A stretch of DNA of 64,000 nt. It comes from Felis catus. Lineage: Eukaryota. The stretch lies in NCBI RefSeq assembly GCF_018350175.1, contig NC_058368.1:102674001-102738000 (forward strand), in the 5' to 3' direction. The notes below the pieces were generated by a model. The model did not search any database, was not told the origin of the DNA, and was given only the letters and a program-made list of their open reading frames with translations. Below are positions 1 to 10,270 of this stretch, piece after piece; position 1 is the first letter of the stretch, and every line of letters starts with the position of its first letter. A program made the position numbers and the translations under genes.

Positions 1-97
1 CACTCTCATTCTCTCTCTCTCAAAAAAAAAAAAAAAGAAAGAAAAGGTTAAGATGGTAAATTTTACATTGTGCATGTTTTGCCCCAATTCAAAATAA
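1..97 (+). mobile_element. CAN-SINE CT/A tail followed by old L1M 3' terminal fragment
   Basis: (CT)n then poly-A; then 'ggttaagatggtaaattttacattgtg', resembling the L1MA/MB 3' end. Confidence 0.6.
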
Positions 98-212
98 TTT
101 ACATAAAAACTAAAAAATACATGGAAAAAAGGAGTTATCTTTGCTCTGTGTGAAAAGACGGACCAGGCTCTTATGATCGCGCCATTGTTTCATCCTTTAA
201 AAAACTCTGCTT

Positions 213-440
213 GGGGCGCCTGGGTGGCTCAGTCGGTTAAGCGTCCGACTTCGGCTCAGGTCATGATCTCACAGTTCGTGAGTTCGAGCCCCGCATCGGG
301 CTCTGTGCTGACAGCTCAGAGCCTGGAGCCTGTTTCAGATTCTGTGTCTCCCTCTCTCTCTGACCCTCCCGCATTCATGCTCTGTCTCTCTCTGTCTCAA
401 AAATAAATAAACATTAAAAAAAAATAAAAAAATTAAAAAT
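213..440 (+). mobile_element. CAN-SINE (SINEC_Fc-like)
   Basis: ggggcgcctgggtggctcagtcggttaag head with Pol III A/B boxes, CT tract, A tail; 15-bp TSD taaaaaactctgctt at 198-212 and 440-454. Confidence 0.95.
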
Positions 441-889
441 AAAAAACTCTGCTTGATTTGCCCTTTCACATATTGACTTCGCTGAAGTGATACTTTCAGC
501 TTCTCAAACTTACCTAGAAATAAAATGCGGATATGCGCTTGATCCACGTAAGCAGTTTACATGATAGATTTATCAAATCTCTTTGATAAAGGGGAAAAGA
601 TCAGGAGTGCCTTTATTCCAGTGGATGGACAGCAGGGAAGTTTAAGTACAGAAGGCAATGGAATATTCTTCTCCCCAGAGCCGCATGTGAGTACTCTCAC
701 GGCATGTGTGCATTTTGGACGGACGTGTTCAGCACCCTTTTGAACAAAGATTCAAGGAATAACCTAGCATACTCTGGGTTGTTCCACTCATAAATCAATA
801 GTTAGAAATTCTACCAAGAAAGCTGGAGGCATAGATCTAAGAATGAGAACTAAGAATTAGAACTCCGGATAAGACAACACTCCATTTTA

Positions 890-1108
890 GGGGCACCTAG
901 GTGGCTCGGATGGCTCAGCGTCTGGCTTTTGATTTTGGCTCAGATCTTGATCCTAGGGTTGTGGGATTGAGCCCCACAGAGGGCTCTGAGCTGAATGCGG
1001 AGCCTGCTTAAGATCCTCCCTCTCTCTTTCTCTCACCCTCTGCCCCTCTCCCCTGCTTGTGCTCTCTCTTCCTAAAATACAAACAAAAAAGAAAAGAGAA
1101 GAAAAGAA
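890..1108 (+). mobile_element. Older CAN-SINE
   Basis: Diverged head, CT tract, A-rich tail. Confidence 0.85.
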
Positions 1109-1139
1109 AACAATCCATTATTATAGGCTCCTTGAATCT

Positions 1140-1310
1140 GGCAAAGTATAGCATGACGCCTACAGATTAAAGGATATGACTTGATTCTCTACACAAAAAC
1201 GGGGGCACTATAAACCTTAAACTGTACATGTAAGCCATTGTGTCCATTTATTTAAAAAATGGTATAATCTTTGTCTAGGCTTACTTCAGGGGTTGTTGTA
1301 ATTAGGAAAT
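1140..1310. mobile_element. MIR fragment
   Basis: 'aaaaatggtataat...acttcaggggttgttgtaattagga' resembles the MIR core. Confidence 0.45.
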
Positions 1311-1880
1311 TATCATTTTTATTTTGAATGGGAACATGTTCTATGAGAGCAAAATACTTCTGTCATTCTGTCGAACGGAGATTTTCTGACGGTTAATAAT
1401 TTTAAAAACCATTTTACGGAGGTACCTTTTAAATTCAGCTTTTCACAATATGCTAATAGAGGGTTAAGCTCTATTGGTTCTGTTTTCAGCTGTTTAAAAC
1501 TTATGACATATCTGAAGGGTGAATTTGGCATTAAACCAACATTTTCCTATTGTCAGCTCTGCGGAGTCAATATATCATAGTCCCAGAAGAGAAGGTTGTG
1601 TTCCTCCTTGCCTCCACCGTCATTAACAAAGCTGACAGCAAAGCCCTAATTCCAGAACTGTTCCCGTGTTATCGATGTGTAAAGCAGAAAGGACTGAGCC
1701 TGATTGTCAGATGTCAGGCCGGGTCTCCGTTATTGAGAAGTAAACGCCTGCGCAGTTTGGTTGTAAAGAAGGGTCCAACTGATCAGAACCTTGCACCTCA
1801 GAAAAAAATGTGTAAGAAAAATGCAATTATGGTGCCTTCTCAGAACTTTTTTTTTTTCTTAACACAAAAAGGAAAAAACA

Positions 1881-2100
1881 GGGGCGCCTGCGTGGCTCAG
1901 TCGGTTGAGCGTCCGACTTCAGCTCAGGTCATGATCTCACAGTTCGTGAGTTCGAGCCCCGCGTCAGGCTCTGGGCTGATGGCTCGGAGCCTGGAGCCTG
2001 CTTCCGACTCTGTGTCTCCCTCTCTCTCTGCCCCTTCCCCGTTCATGCTCTGTCTCTCTCTGTCCCAAAAATAAATAAACATTAAAGAAAATTTTTAAAA
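1881..2100 (+). mobile_element. CAN-SINE (SINEC_Fc-like)
   Basis: Full-length; TSD aaaaaggaaaaaaca on both sides. Confidence 0.95.
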
Positions 2101-2118
2101 AAAAGGAAAAAACAAAAG

Positions 2119-2344
2119 TTTATTTAATTAGTTAATGTATTTTTTGAGAGACAGAGACAGAGACAGAGAGAGAGAAAGCAGGGGAGGGGCAGAGAGAGAG
2201 AGAGCGAGAGAGAGAATCCCAAGCACGCTCCATGTTGTCAGTGCAAAGCCCCGCGTGGGACTTGATCCCACACACCATGAGATCACCACCCGAGCCGACA
2301 TCAAGAGTTGGATGCTTCACCGTCGGAGCCACCCAGGTGTCCCC
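2119..2344 (-). mobile_element. CAN-SINE
   Basis: Reverse-complement SINE ending gccacccaggtgtcccc, with (GA)n tract. Confidence 0.9.
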
Positions 2345-2910
2345 ATGGAGAAAATGAAAGTTTAAATAAAAACAAGGGTGCTTGAGGGACAAACAAAAAA
2401 CGAAGGGAGGTTTAATACACCAAGAATTCCATTTTAGTCTTTTTTCATCGTTTGAGGAAAAGAAACACAACATTCCTCACAATTGTTACATTGCTAAAGG
2501 CGGCGTGAGCTGTTTTTAGGTTCATCTTCTCTGGGTCTGTGGCTACTTCGGGGCAGACAGACAGATTCGAGTTCTTTCCTCCAGTGCCAAAGTGAGACAA
2601 GCAAGCATCCCAATGGTATGGTCTTCCAGATAGGGTTTGAGGACTGTTATTGGTGGACTCATAGATTTTTCTCTAAAAGGCTTTTAGGATTTTTCCACTT
2701 TGATCCTCTTTATCCCTCCGGACTGCTAGGAGGTAAGTGGCTATAGGTTGCTCACCCACTCTCGGTTCCCCAACTTCCTTCCAAATAGAACTCTAATTTT
2801 GTTAGGGGAAAAACAATTTGCCCTGCTGACAAACTTTCTCATCTTTCTTCTTCTTCATCTATTACCTCCTCACCATCAATTTCTCCACCCTCCCCCACCA
2901 AAACCCCGCC

Positions 2911-2930
2911 CGCGCATGCGCGCGCGCGCG

Positions 2931-2982
<52 letters not shown>
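2911..2982. repeat. (CG)n(CA)n compound microsatellite
   Basis: About 72 bp of alternating purine-pyrimidine. Confidence 0.97.
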
Positions 2983-2989
<7 letters not shown>

Positions 2990-3087
2990 GCCAGAGGGGG
3001 CCATAGCATCGTTCAGGTCACCCATGTGGAAGTGGAAATTGCTGAGTACAGCTTCCAGGCAAACGGTTCGGAAAGGAAAGTGATCTA

Positions 3088-3327
3088 GGGGCGCTTGGGT
3101 GGTTCGGTTGGTTAGGCATCCGACCTCGGCTCAGGTCCTGATCTCTCCGGTTCGTGAGTTCAAGCCCGGAGTTGGGCGGGCTCTGGGCTGACAGCTCAGA
3201 GTCTGGAGGCTGTTTTGGATTCTGGGTCTCCCTCTCTCTTTCTCTGCCCCTCCCCTGCTTGTGCTCTCTCTCTCAAAAATGAATGAACACTAAAAAAAAA
3301 AAAAAAATTAAAAAGAAAAAAAAAAGA
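3088..3327 (+). mobile_element. CAN-SINE
   Basis: Full-length; degenerate TSD gaaaggaaagtgatcta / gaaaggaacgtgaccta. Confidence 0.92.
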
Positions 3328-4332
3328 AGAAAGGAACGTGACCTAGCTGTAGCTGCCCATTGCCCCCTCCTTCCTGTTTGAAATAAGGCATGAAGTTGGA
3401 GTGAAGTAGTCATGAGGGCACCCCGAGCGCAGGCTGAGCAGAAATATAAAATACAAACACAAAAAAAGCCTGGAGTATCAGCTCTGGGCAGCTCCCCTCT
3501 AGACTCCTGGTTACATGAAAATCGTAAAAATAATGATCATCCTACCCCACATTTGTTTCAGCTTTTTCTTTTCAGCTTCCTGTTGCTTATAGACAAGTTT
3601 CCTTCTTAGTCACAGGAATATTTGAGAGCGGAAAATTCAAAAGCAAAATACACCAGAGTCTTTAATGAATGGCATTTCCCTAGGCTAACTTGCCTAATTA
3701 TGAGGATGTTTAGTTAATATACAAATTATGAAGCTTGAAATAATTGGCTCTGATCAGCATCCTCATTATTATCATTAAAGAGATTTTTATTCAGAACTCA
3801 TTTGCATGAGGAAGCTCGCTCAGCTATTTACCTGGTGAATGGTTTTCCATGTTGGTAGCTTCTCTCAGGCTTGGAAATCATTGAGAAGAGTCTGCAGGCT
3901 TCAGGATGATTTCAGCAAGGGTAGAGAGTCCCACAGATGAGTAACCTTCTCGGAGGAATCACAGCATGCTGACACTGTTTCCATGGAAGTTGTTACAAAT
4001 GATCTTTTAACAAAGACTAGTTATTATGAGATTTGATATGATTTCATATCTTTGTATATTAAAGCAAATTCAAGCCTGTCACATCATCACACGGTTTGTG
4101 ACAATGTCATTCTCATCCCGGTTCCTAGACGCTTTCTTGAGTGGGACAGAAAATGATGGTGTTCCACTGATCAAGCTGGGAATTTCTTCTCACTCTGGGC
4201 ATGCCCACGGGTGTCTCACATGGCGAATACGGTCTGATCTGTTTCTTGAAACAGGGGGGACAAAAGCTGAGGACTGCTTTACACACAAAGAACAAAACTC
4301 CCTAACGAGTACCTTCAGGAGTAGAAACTAGG

Positions 4333-4485
4333 CAGCAGTCGGGAACTCTGTTCTACTTATTTTCAGCGGGTATGGTTGGGGGCCGGTTACTAACCCTTCA
4401 GGGACAGATCATGATCTCAAGGGCAAGGGCTTGGAGCTTTTTATGTTTACCAGAAGTGGCGTGAAATAAAAAGTTGAGAAACACT
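4333..4485. mobile_element. Possible hAT-Charlie MITE remnant
   Basis: Ends in typical TIR 'aagttgagaaacactg'; left end degenerate. Confidence 0.35.
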
Positions 4486-4791
4486 GCCGAAGAGCCTTTG
4501 TACAATATGTCTTTCTTGGCTTATGTCCAGTCCAGGGACTTGGCTCTGGTGGCCTGAATCTTCACTGAATTGAGAAATTCCATGAGGCTGTATTCAGGCC
4601 CAGGGGGGAGCGAGGGCAGTGATTGTCTTTCTGGCCTTGGGGCATGGCTCCCCTTGTCCCACTGCTATCCCCTTACCCTTTTGCTGACTAGGGCACTTAA
4701 GTTGAAATCATTCCCATTAGATTGTGTAAACAACCTTGATCCACCCCTCTGCAATGTCAGTACATCTTAGGCACTGTATCGATCTATGTGT

Positions 4792-4912
4792 GGGGCACCT
4801 GGGTGGATCGGTTGGTTGAGCATCTGAGTTGATTTTGGCGCAGGTCATGATCCCAGAGTCGTGGGATCGAGCCCCATGTTGGGCTCTGCATGGAGTATGA
4901 AGCCTGCTTAAG

Positions 4913-4966
<54 letters not shown>

Positions 4967-5005
4967 CTTCCGTCCCTCTCCTCTATTGGGCTCTCTCTTC
5001 CCCTC
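4792..5005 (+). mobile_element. Older CAN-SINE with expanded (TC)n
   Basis: Head ggggcacctgggtgg; (TC)n at ~4915-4964. Confidence 0.88.
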
Positions 5006-5007
5006 TG

Positions 5008-5430
5008 AATTAGCTGGGATTAGCTTTTTCTACAAATACTGGCGAGCCCTCAAATAGCAGTGACTTAAATAATATAAAAGTTAAATTCTCTTCTGAGTAA
5101 GGTAAACCTGAAGTAGTCAGTCCAAGGCTGACATGGTTCCTTCTAGTTTTCTGCCCAGGAAGGCTCTACGTTTTCATATGCTGTACGGTAGGACGAGGAA
5201 GACGGGAAAGAAGCTTGCTTGCCTTGCAAGGACACTTTCCGTGCACACCATGCAACGTGTGGCTTTTGTATCATTGGCCAGAATGTCCTTGCATGTTCAC
5301 GTCCGACTACGAGGGAGGCTGAAAAATAGAGTTCTATATCTGAGTTCTTGGATATACTCTGATCAAGTCAGGACTCGGTCACCGAATAAGGGGAGAAACT
5401 ACTGGGACGCGTTCATTGTTGTCGCTGCCA
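5008..5430. mobile_element. Old MaLR LTR (MLT1J/K-like)
   Basis: 'cagtgacttaaataatataaaagtt' and 'cattggccagaatgtc...gggaggctgaaaaatagagtt' MLT1-type motifs. Confidence 0.5.
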
Positions 5431-6209
5431 TTTGCAAATGACTGTAATTGTGGGGACAGCTATTTGTAAATGCACTGATTTCAGCATATGGGCTGTAACC
5501 CTTGTCCCACTTAGCATCTGAAATGCTTTGTCCGCTTCCAAGGGATTTATGGAAGCCAGATGGTGGCCAGCTACCAGCCATAGGGGTTTAAGTTTTCTCC
5601 ACTGCTTTTGTTTATCTTGATTCTATAGATGACAGGGCTCTAATTTATCTTTTTTGCTCCCAAGCCCCCTCCCATTTAGTGAAATTGCTGTGTAGACAGG
5701 ATACACGTCTCCTCCTGGCATGTTGGATGCTTGATTATTTCAGAAGACGATCAGGGTGCTCTTCAAACGTAGATTCCCTTGCAGGGCACATTCCGGGAGC
5801 TCGATCATGACATGTATTAAAAAGCTTTGGTTTCCAGAGGAAGAAGTGAAATAAAGGCACACCGGGAAAATGTGGTAAAAAGCTTCTAAACTCTCCTGGT
5901 TGGATAAAGAATGCCAACCTAGGGATTATCAGTGGCAACTACTAGGCAGAGGAGACCCTTTTGTTTCAGAGAGAGTGATGACATTCTCTTGCTGCTCACT
6001 CAGAATTCAAGAATTCAAGAGTATCTCCCCGTGTGCCCCTTCAGGGGCCAGTCAGTGAGAAGCTGTAACAGGCCAAGCAGTTGGACTATTTCATTCCAGA
6101 TTTCCTGAGTTTTCCTAAGAGCAGATTTTGGTATGTAAGATATTTATTAGATGCAGTTCTATTCCTAGAAGGGCCAGGATTTCAAGAATAGATTAAGATA
6201 TGAAGGAGT

Positions 6210-6432
6210 GGGGCGCCTGGGTGGCGCAGTCGGTTAAGCGTCCGACTTCAGCCAGGTCACGATCTCGCGGTCCGTGAGTTCGAGCCCCGCGTCGGGCTCT
6301 GGGCTGATGGCTCGGAGCCTGGAACCTGTTTCCGATTCTGTGTCTCCCTCTCTCTCTGCCCCTCCCCCGTTCATGCTCTGTCTCTCTCTGTCCCCAAAAT
6401 AAATAAAACGTTGAAAAAAAAATAAAAAAAAA
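6210..6432 (+). mobile_element. Young SINEC_Fc
   Basis: CpG-intact body; perfect TSD aagatatgaaggagtg at 6195-6210 and 6432-6447. Confidence 0.97.
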
Positions 6433-6631
6433 AGATATGAAGGAGTGATAATTCTGAAAATAAAGGGAATACATATACCCATCAAGAAAATAACGAAAAA
6501 ATTCTTTTCTGATTCAGCCAACTACTGAGAGAATCGTAATGGTGTAGCCTACCTGTTCTGGACATTTTGGGTAGAATGTTCACTGGGATGGGGCTTTAGG
6601 CGATTCAGCTGTCTTAAAGGATAATGAGTTC

Positions 6632-6843
6632 GGGGCGCCGGGGTGGCTCAGTCAGTTGAGCGTCGGACTTTGTCTCAGGTCATGATCTCACACTCTGTGA
6701 GTTCGGGCCCCATGTCGAGCTCTGTGCTGACGGTTCAGAGCCCGGAGCCTGCTTCAGATTCTGGGTCTCCCTCTCTCTCTGCCCTTCCCCCACTCATATT
6801 CTGTCTCTCTGTCTCTTTTAAAAATAAATAAACATTAAAAAAA
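6632..6843 (+). mobile_element. CAN-SINE
   Basis: Full-length. Confidence 0.93.
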
Positions 6844-7143
6844 AGGATTATGCGTCTTTGTATTTTATTGTTAAGTCCATGAGACTGAAGGCACCACATT
6901 GGCACTAGAATAGAGATATGTTTTAACAACTGCTCAACAATTCCCATATGGCTCTCTTCAGTTCACCTCAATTCAGTTCACTGCCATAAATCAATGGAAT
7001 TTAATTCGATGAAACACTAACCGGTTCTGCGGAGGGGGTACAAAAAGAGACCATTTTGTTTAGGAAGCACACGTCAATGCATGTAAGAGGAAAACGTAAG
7101 ACAGGCTGTGTCTTAATGCCCGAATGTTTGGAACAGGACATCA

Positions 7144-7310
7144 TTTTTAATAGGGCAGAGAGAAAGGGAGAGAGAGAGTCCCAAGCAGGCTCCACGCTGT
7201 CAGCACAGAGCTGGACTGGGGGCTCTAATCCCACGAACTGTGAGATCACGACCTGAGCGGAGATCAGGACTCGATGTTCAACCGACTGAACATCCCAGAT
7301 CAGGCATCCC
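7144..7310 (-). mobile_element. CAN-SINE (partial)
   Basis: 'gagagagtcccaagcaggctccacgctgtcagcacagagc'. Confidence 0.85.
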
Positions 7311-7599
7311 AGATCTCATTATTTTTAATCCCTCCTGCTGAATCGACTGTAAATCTCTGCACACAGACCCCAAACTTACGTGGTGAATCGACTGAAATGT
7401 AAGAGGGGTGTTAATTACATCGGCGTTCTTTTGATGAGTGTCACCTGGTACCTGGTTCTTGGGTGCTAAATGTCAAGGAGAGGCACTCGCAGAGAACAGA
7501 GTTAATTTAGGGCTGAATGCTAGTTACAATCTGGCCTGTACCTTCCTTCCCCCCACCCTGGTTAAGATGTGTGCTTCGTGAAGCCGGTTACATTTGTTT

Positions 7600-7910
7600 C
7601 CGAACCTGTTTAAGCAAGTTGTAATTGCTACTGTAATTATAAAACCTAATTAAAATGTACATGAACCAATAAAATACGAAGTTGGAAAGAGACTTGTTAT
7701 TTCAGTGAAAACTAAGCTGAAAGTGTTGAAAATCGTACGGATAAGGCGGTTGAACAGGTATGGTGGGGACAACTGTGAATATTATGGGGAAGAGATCCTA
7801 GAAATCTAGAAGCGATTTGCATTTAGATTGCTTCATAAATGTGTTTAAGTTCCTCCTACAGAAAAGCAGGTGAAGCATTCGGGGTGTGATTTAAGTAAGA
7901 AAGCCCGCAT
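7600..7910 (+). mobile_element. Ancient TcMar-Tigger transposon fragment
   Basis: 'aagagacttgttatttcagtgaaaactaagctgaaagtgttg' reads as a decayed KR-VIS-KTKL-VL CENP-B/Tigger N-terminal HTH motif. Confidence 0.55.
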
Positions 7911-7911
7911 A

Positions 7912-8352
7912 GGGGTGCCTGGGGGGCTCAGGCAGTTGAGCAAAAGATTCTTGGTTTTGGCTCAGGTCACATCTCCGAACTCCTGGGTTTGGGCCTGCAC
8001 TGACCGTGGGAAGCCTGCTTGGGAGTCTGGCTCCTTTTCTCTCTGCCCCTCCCCCACTCACACTCTGTCATTCTGTCTCAAAAATAAATAAATAAACACT
8101 CAAATAAAAAACAAAAAACAACGGGGTGCCTGGGTGGCTCAGTCGGTTAAGCAGCCGACTTCGGCTCAGGTCATGATCTCGCGGTCCGAGAGTTCGAGTC
8201 CCGTGTCGGACTCTGTGCTGACAACTCGGAGCCTGGAGCCTGTTTCAGATTCTGTGTCTCCGTCTCTCTGACCCTCCTCCGTTCATGCTCTGTCTCTCCC
8301 TGTCTCAAAAATAAATAAAACGTTAAAAAAATAAAAAATAAAAAAAAAACCA
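7912..8352 (+). mobile_element. Two CAN-SINEs; the second (8123-8352) inserted in the tail of the first
   Basis: Heads at 7912 and 8123; TSD aaaaaacaaaaaacaac around the second. Confidence 0.92.
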
Positions 8353-8411
8353 AAAAAACAAAAAACAACAAACCAGTGTTGAGGTCCCTGATCTCCGTTC
8401 CATGTCTTTTC

Positions 8412-8455
8412 TTTTTTTATTTTATTTTATTTTATTTTATTTTATTTTATTTTAA
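8412..8455. repeat. (TTTTA)n
   Basis: Direct observation. Confidence 0.9.
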
Positions 8456-8481
8456 TTTTAAAATATCTTTTATCAGTCCCA

Positions 8482-8645
8482 CTTTTTTTTTTTTCTTAAT
8501 TTATTTTTTAGAGAGAGGGAGAGAGAGACAATCCCAGCCAGGCTCTCCACCATCCACACAGAGCCCGAGGCAGGGCTTAAACACACAAACCATGGGATCA
8601 TGACCTGAGCTGAAGTCAGAGGCTTAACTGAGCCACACAGACGCA
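8482..8645 (-). mobile_element. CAN-SINE (short)
   Basis: Reverse-complement SINE motifs. Confidence 0.85.
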
Positions 8646-8744
8646 GAGAATGTTAGGTAAAAGCATTATCATTCATCGTGACATGGTTTAGTTAATTTTT
8701 ATCATAAACAATGACATGAAAATTTTTTTTCCGAGGTTTACTCA

Positions 8745-8880
8745 TTTATTTTCCATGCATTCATTCATTCGCCTGTTATTCAACAAAGACCTATGCACAG
8801 GGCAAAGCGCTATGGTATGAATTACATATAGGTTGATAGATGCAAACAAATGACCTAGAGCTTTCTGCTTTAGATGTGGC
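8745..8880 (-). mobile_element. L2 3' end fragment
   Basis: 'cattcattcattc...caacaaagacctatgc...' L2 terminal pattern. Confidence 0.5.
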
Positions 8881-8895
8881 TAGACTGTTCTAGAG

Positions 8896-9084
8896 CAGCA
8901 TTTCCAATCCTGTCCCTATAGTGGAGTCCCCTCTTAGAAGTTGTGAAAAATACTCATGCCTGGGCTCTGCCCCCATAGACTCTGATTCAATTTGTTGAGG
9001 GTCGGGTCTGGGCATAGGGCTTTTCAAAAAGCTCACCACCCAGTGCCAAGACTGCATCGTCTGTGGGGACCTTTGAGACACTGG
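8896..9084. mobile_element. MER5A-like hAT-Charlie MITE
   Basis: 'gcctgggctctgcccc..agactctgattcaattt..gtctgggcat..tttgagacactgg'. Confidence 0.7.
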
Positions 9085-9699
9085 CCATTTACTCACTTCC
9101 TCTAAATACACATGAATGAACTGTGGTATAAATCCAAACTACAACCGAGTCATCTTGAGGAGGGACTTTGTATGCTCTCATGGCCAAAAAGTAGGTGACG
9201 GTGCTGAACAATGATACTTTAAACCGAACACCTGCCTGACAATAGACAAGTCTGAAGGCGTCAGGAGCGGAAACTTGCTGACTGGCGCTAGAACAACGTT
9301 ACGTCCCTCCCAATCGACTTTCTCCGACTGAATTGTGTCAGGGGCAGATGGTTTTCATTGGATCTTACCAAGAAAATGCAGGGCAATAATCAGGAGCCCT
9401 GACGAGAGTTGGTTTCATAGAGCATGTCCATGTGGAGAACATCTTCTCCCTTCTCACCGCCTTCCTCTCCCTCTCCCTCTCCCTCTGGACACCTGCGCTA
9501 TTTTGCATGCCGGAGACTCTGTTGTTCTGATGATGCTTTCATCCTTTTGTCCGCCCCCTTGTTCTCCTTGCCTGAGTTGGAGGCACCTGGGCTTCCAGAT
9601 ATATCCTAAAGCCACAGTGTTGTGGGTCTGTGGCTCAGCACACCGAGCTCTCTGCCGTGTCAGGATTTCCTGTTCCCTCTCCTCGCCTTTTCCTCATCG

Positions 9700-10270
9700 T
9701 GCTAGCCAGCGAGCTCCCGATCTTCATAGGTTTGCGGGGAACAATGTAACGAGGAAACCGCAGATCTCTGGGCAAACGGGGAGGGGCTGGAAACTGACTT
9801 CAGTCACCAGTGGCCAGTGACTTCATCAATCGCGACCGTGTGATAAAACCTCCATAAAACCCCCAAAATGGCAGGATTCAGAGAACTTCTGGGTTGGTGA
9901 GCACTCAGAGAACACGGACAATCTTTGCCCTTTGCCCGTCCATTGCCTTGCGTGTCTCTCCCACCTGGCTATTCCTGGGAGAGGCTCTAACAATTTCACA
10001 CCTGATCTTAGCCAAACAGCCGAGAGGCGATTCTAACAATTTCACTATCCCAAGGAGGGGATTGCTGGAACCTCCGATCTGCAACTCTGACGACCTGCCC
10101 TTGGCGACCGGCATCCTGTAGGACTGAGCCCTTGACTTCCGGGCCGTGATGCTGTTATCTCCAGGGAGACAGTGTCCAGATGGGAGTGCATTTTAGGACA
10201 CCCAGCTGGCAGCCGAGAATCGCTCGGTGTGGAGGAAAACCCCACGTGTCAGAATTGGTGATCGGAATCA
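9700..10270 (+). mobile_element. MER21-like LTR
   Basis: 'ggggctggaaactgacttcagtcaccagtggccagtg..cctccataaaacccccaaa..gagaacttctgggttggtga' and 'ggacacccagctgg..ggtgtggaggaaaacccc'. Confidence 0.7.
9998..10031 (-). pseudogene. RNU2: 3'-truncated (tailless) U2 snRNA retrocopy, nt 1-34
   Basis: Reverse complement ATCGCCTCTCGGCTGTTTGGCTAAGATCAGGTGT matches U2 nt 1-34 (ATCGCTTCTCGGCCTTTTGGCTAAGATCAAGTGT) at 30/34, starting exactly at nt 1; TSD tctaacaatttcac at 9986-9999 and 10032-10045. Confidence 0.9.

Larger units (their letters stand above)
2737..3613. mobile_element. Old ERVL-type LTR (LTR16/LTR33-like), interrupted by a microsatellite and a SINE
   Basis: Starts TG, ends CA; 'cttccttccaaatagaactctaattttgttagg' and 'tgtagccagagggggccatag' resemble these consensus sequences from memory. 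Confidence 0.5.

Noticed and set aside
1550..2074. 174-aa ORF
   Set aside because: Non-ATG start, runs into a SINE, no recognisable domain.
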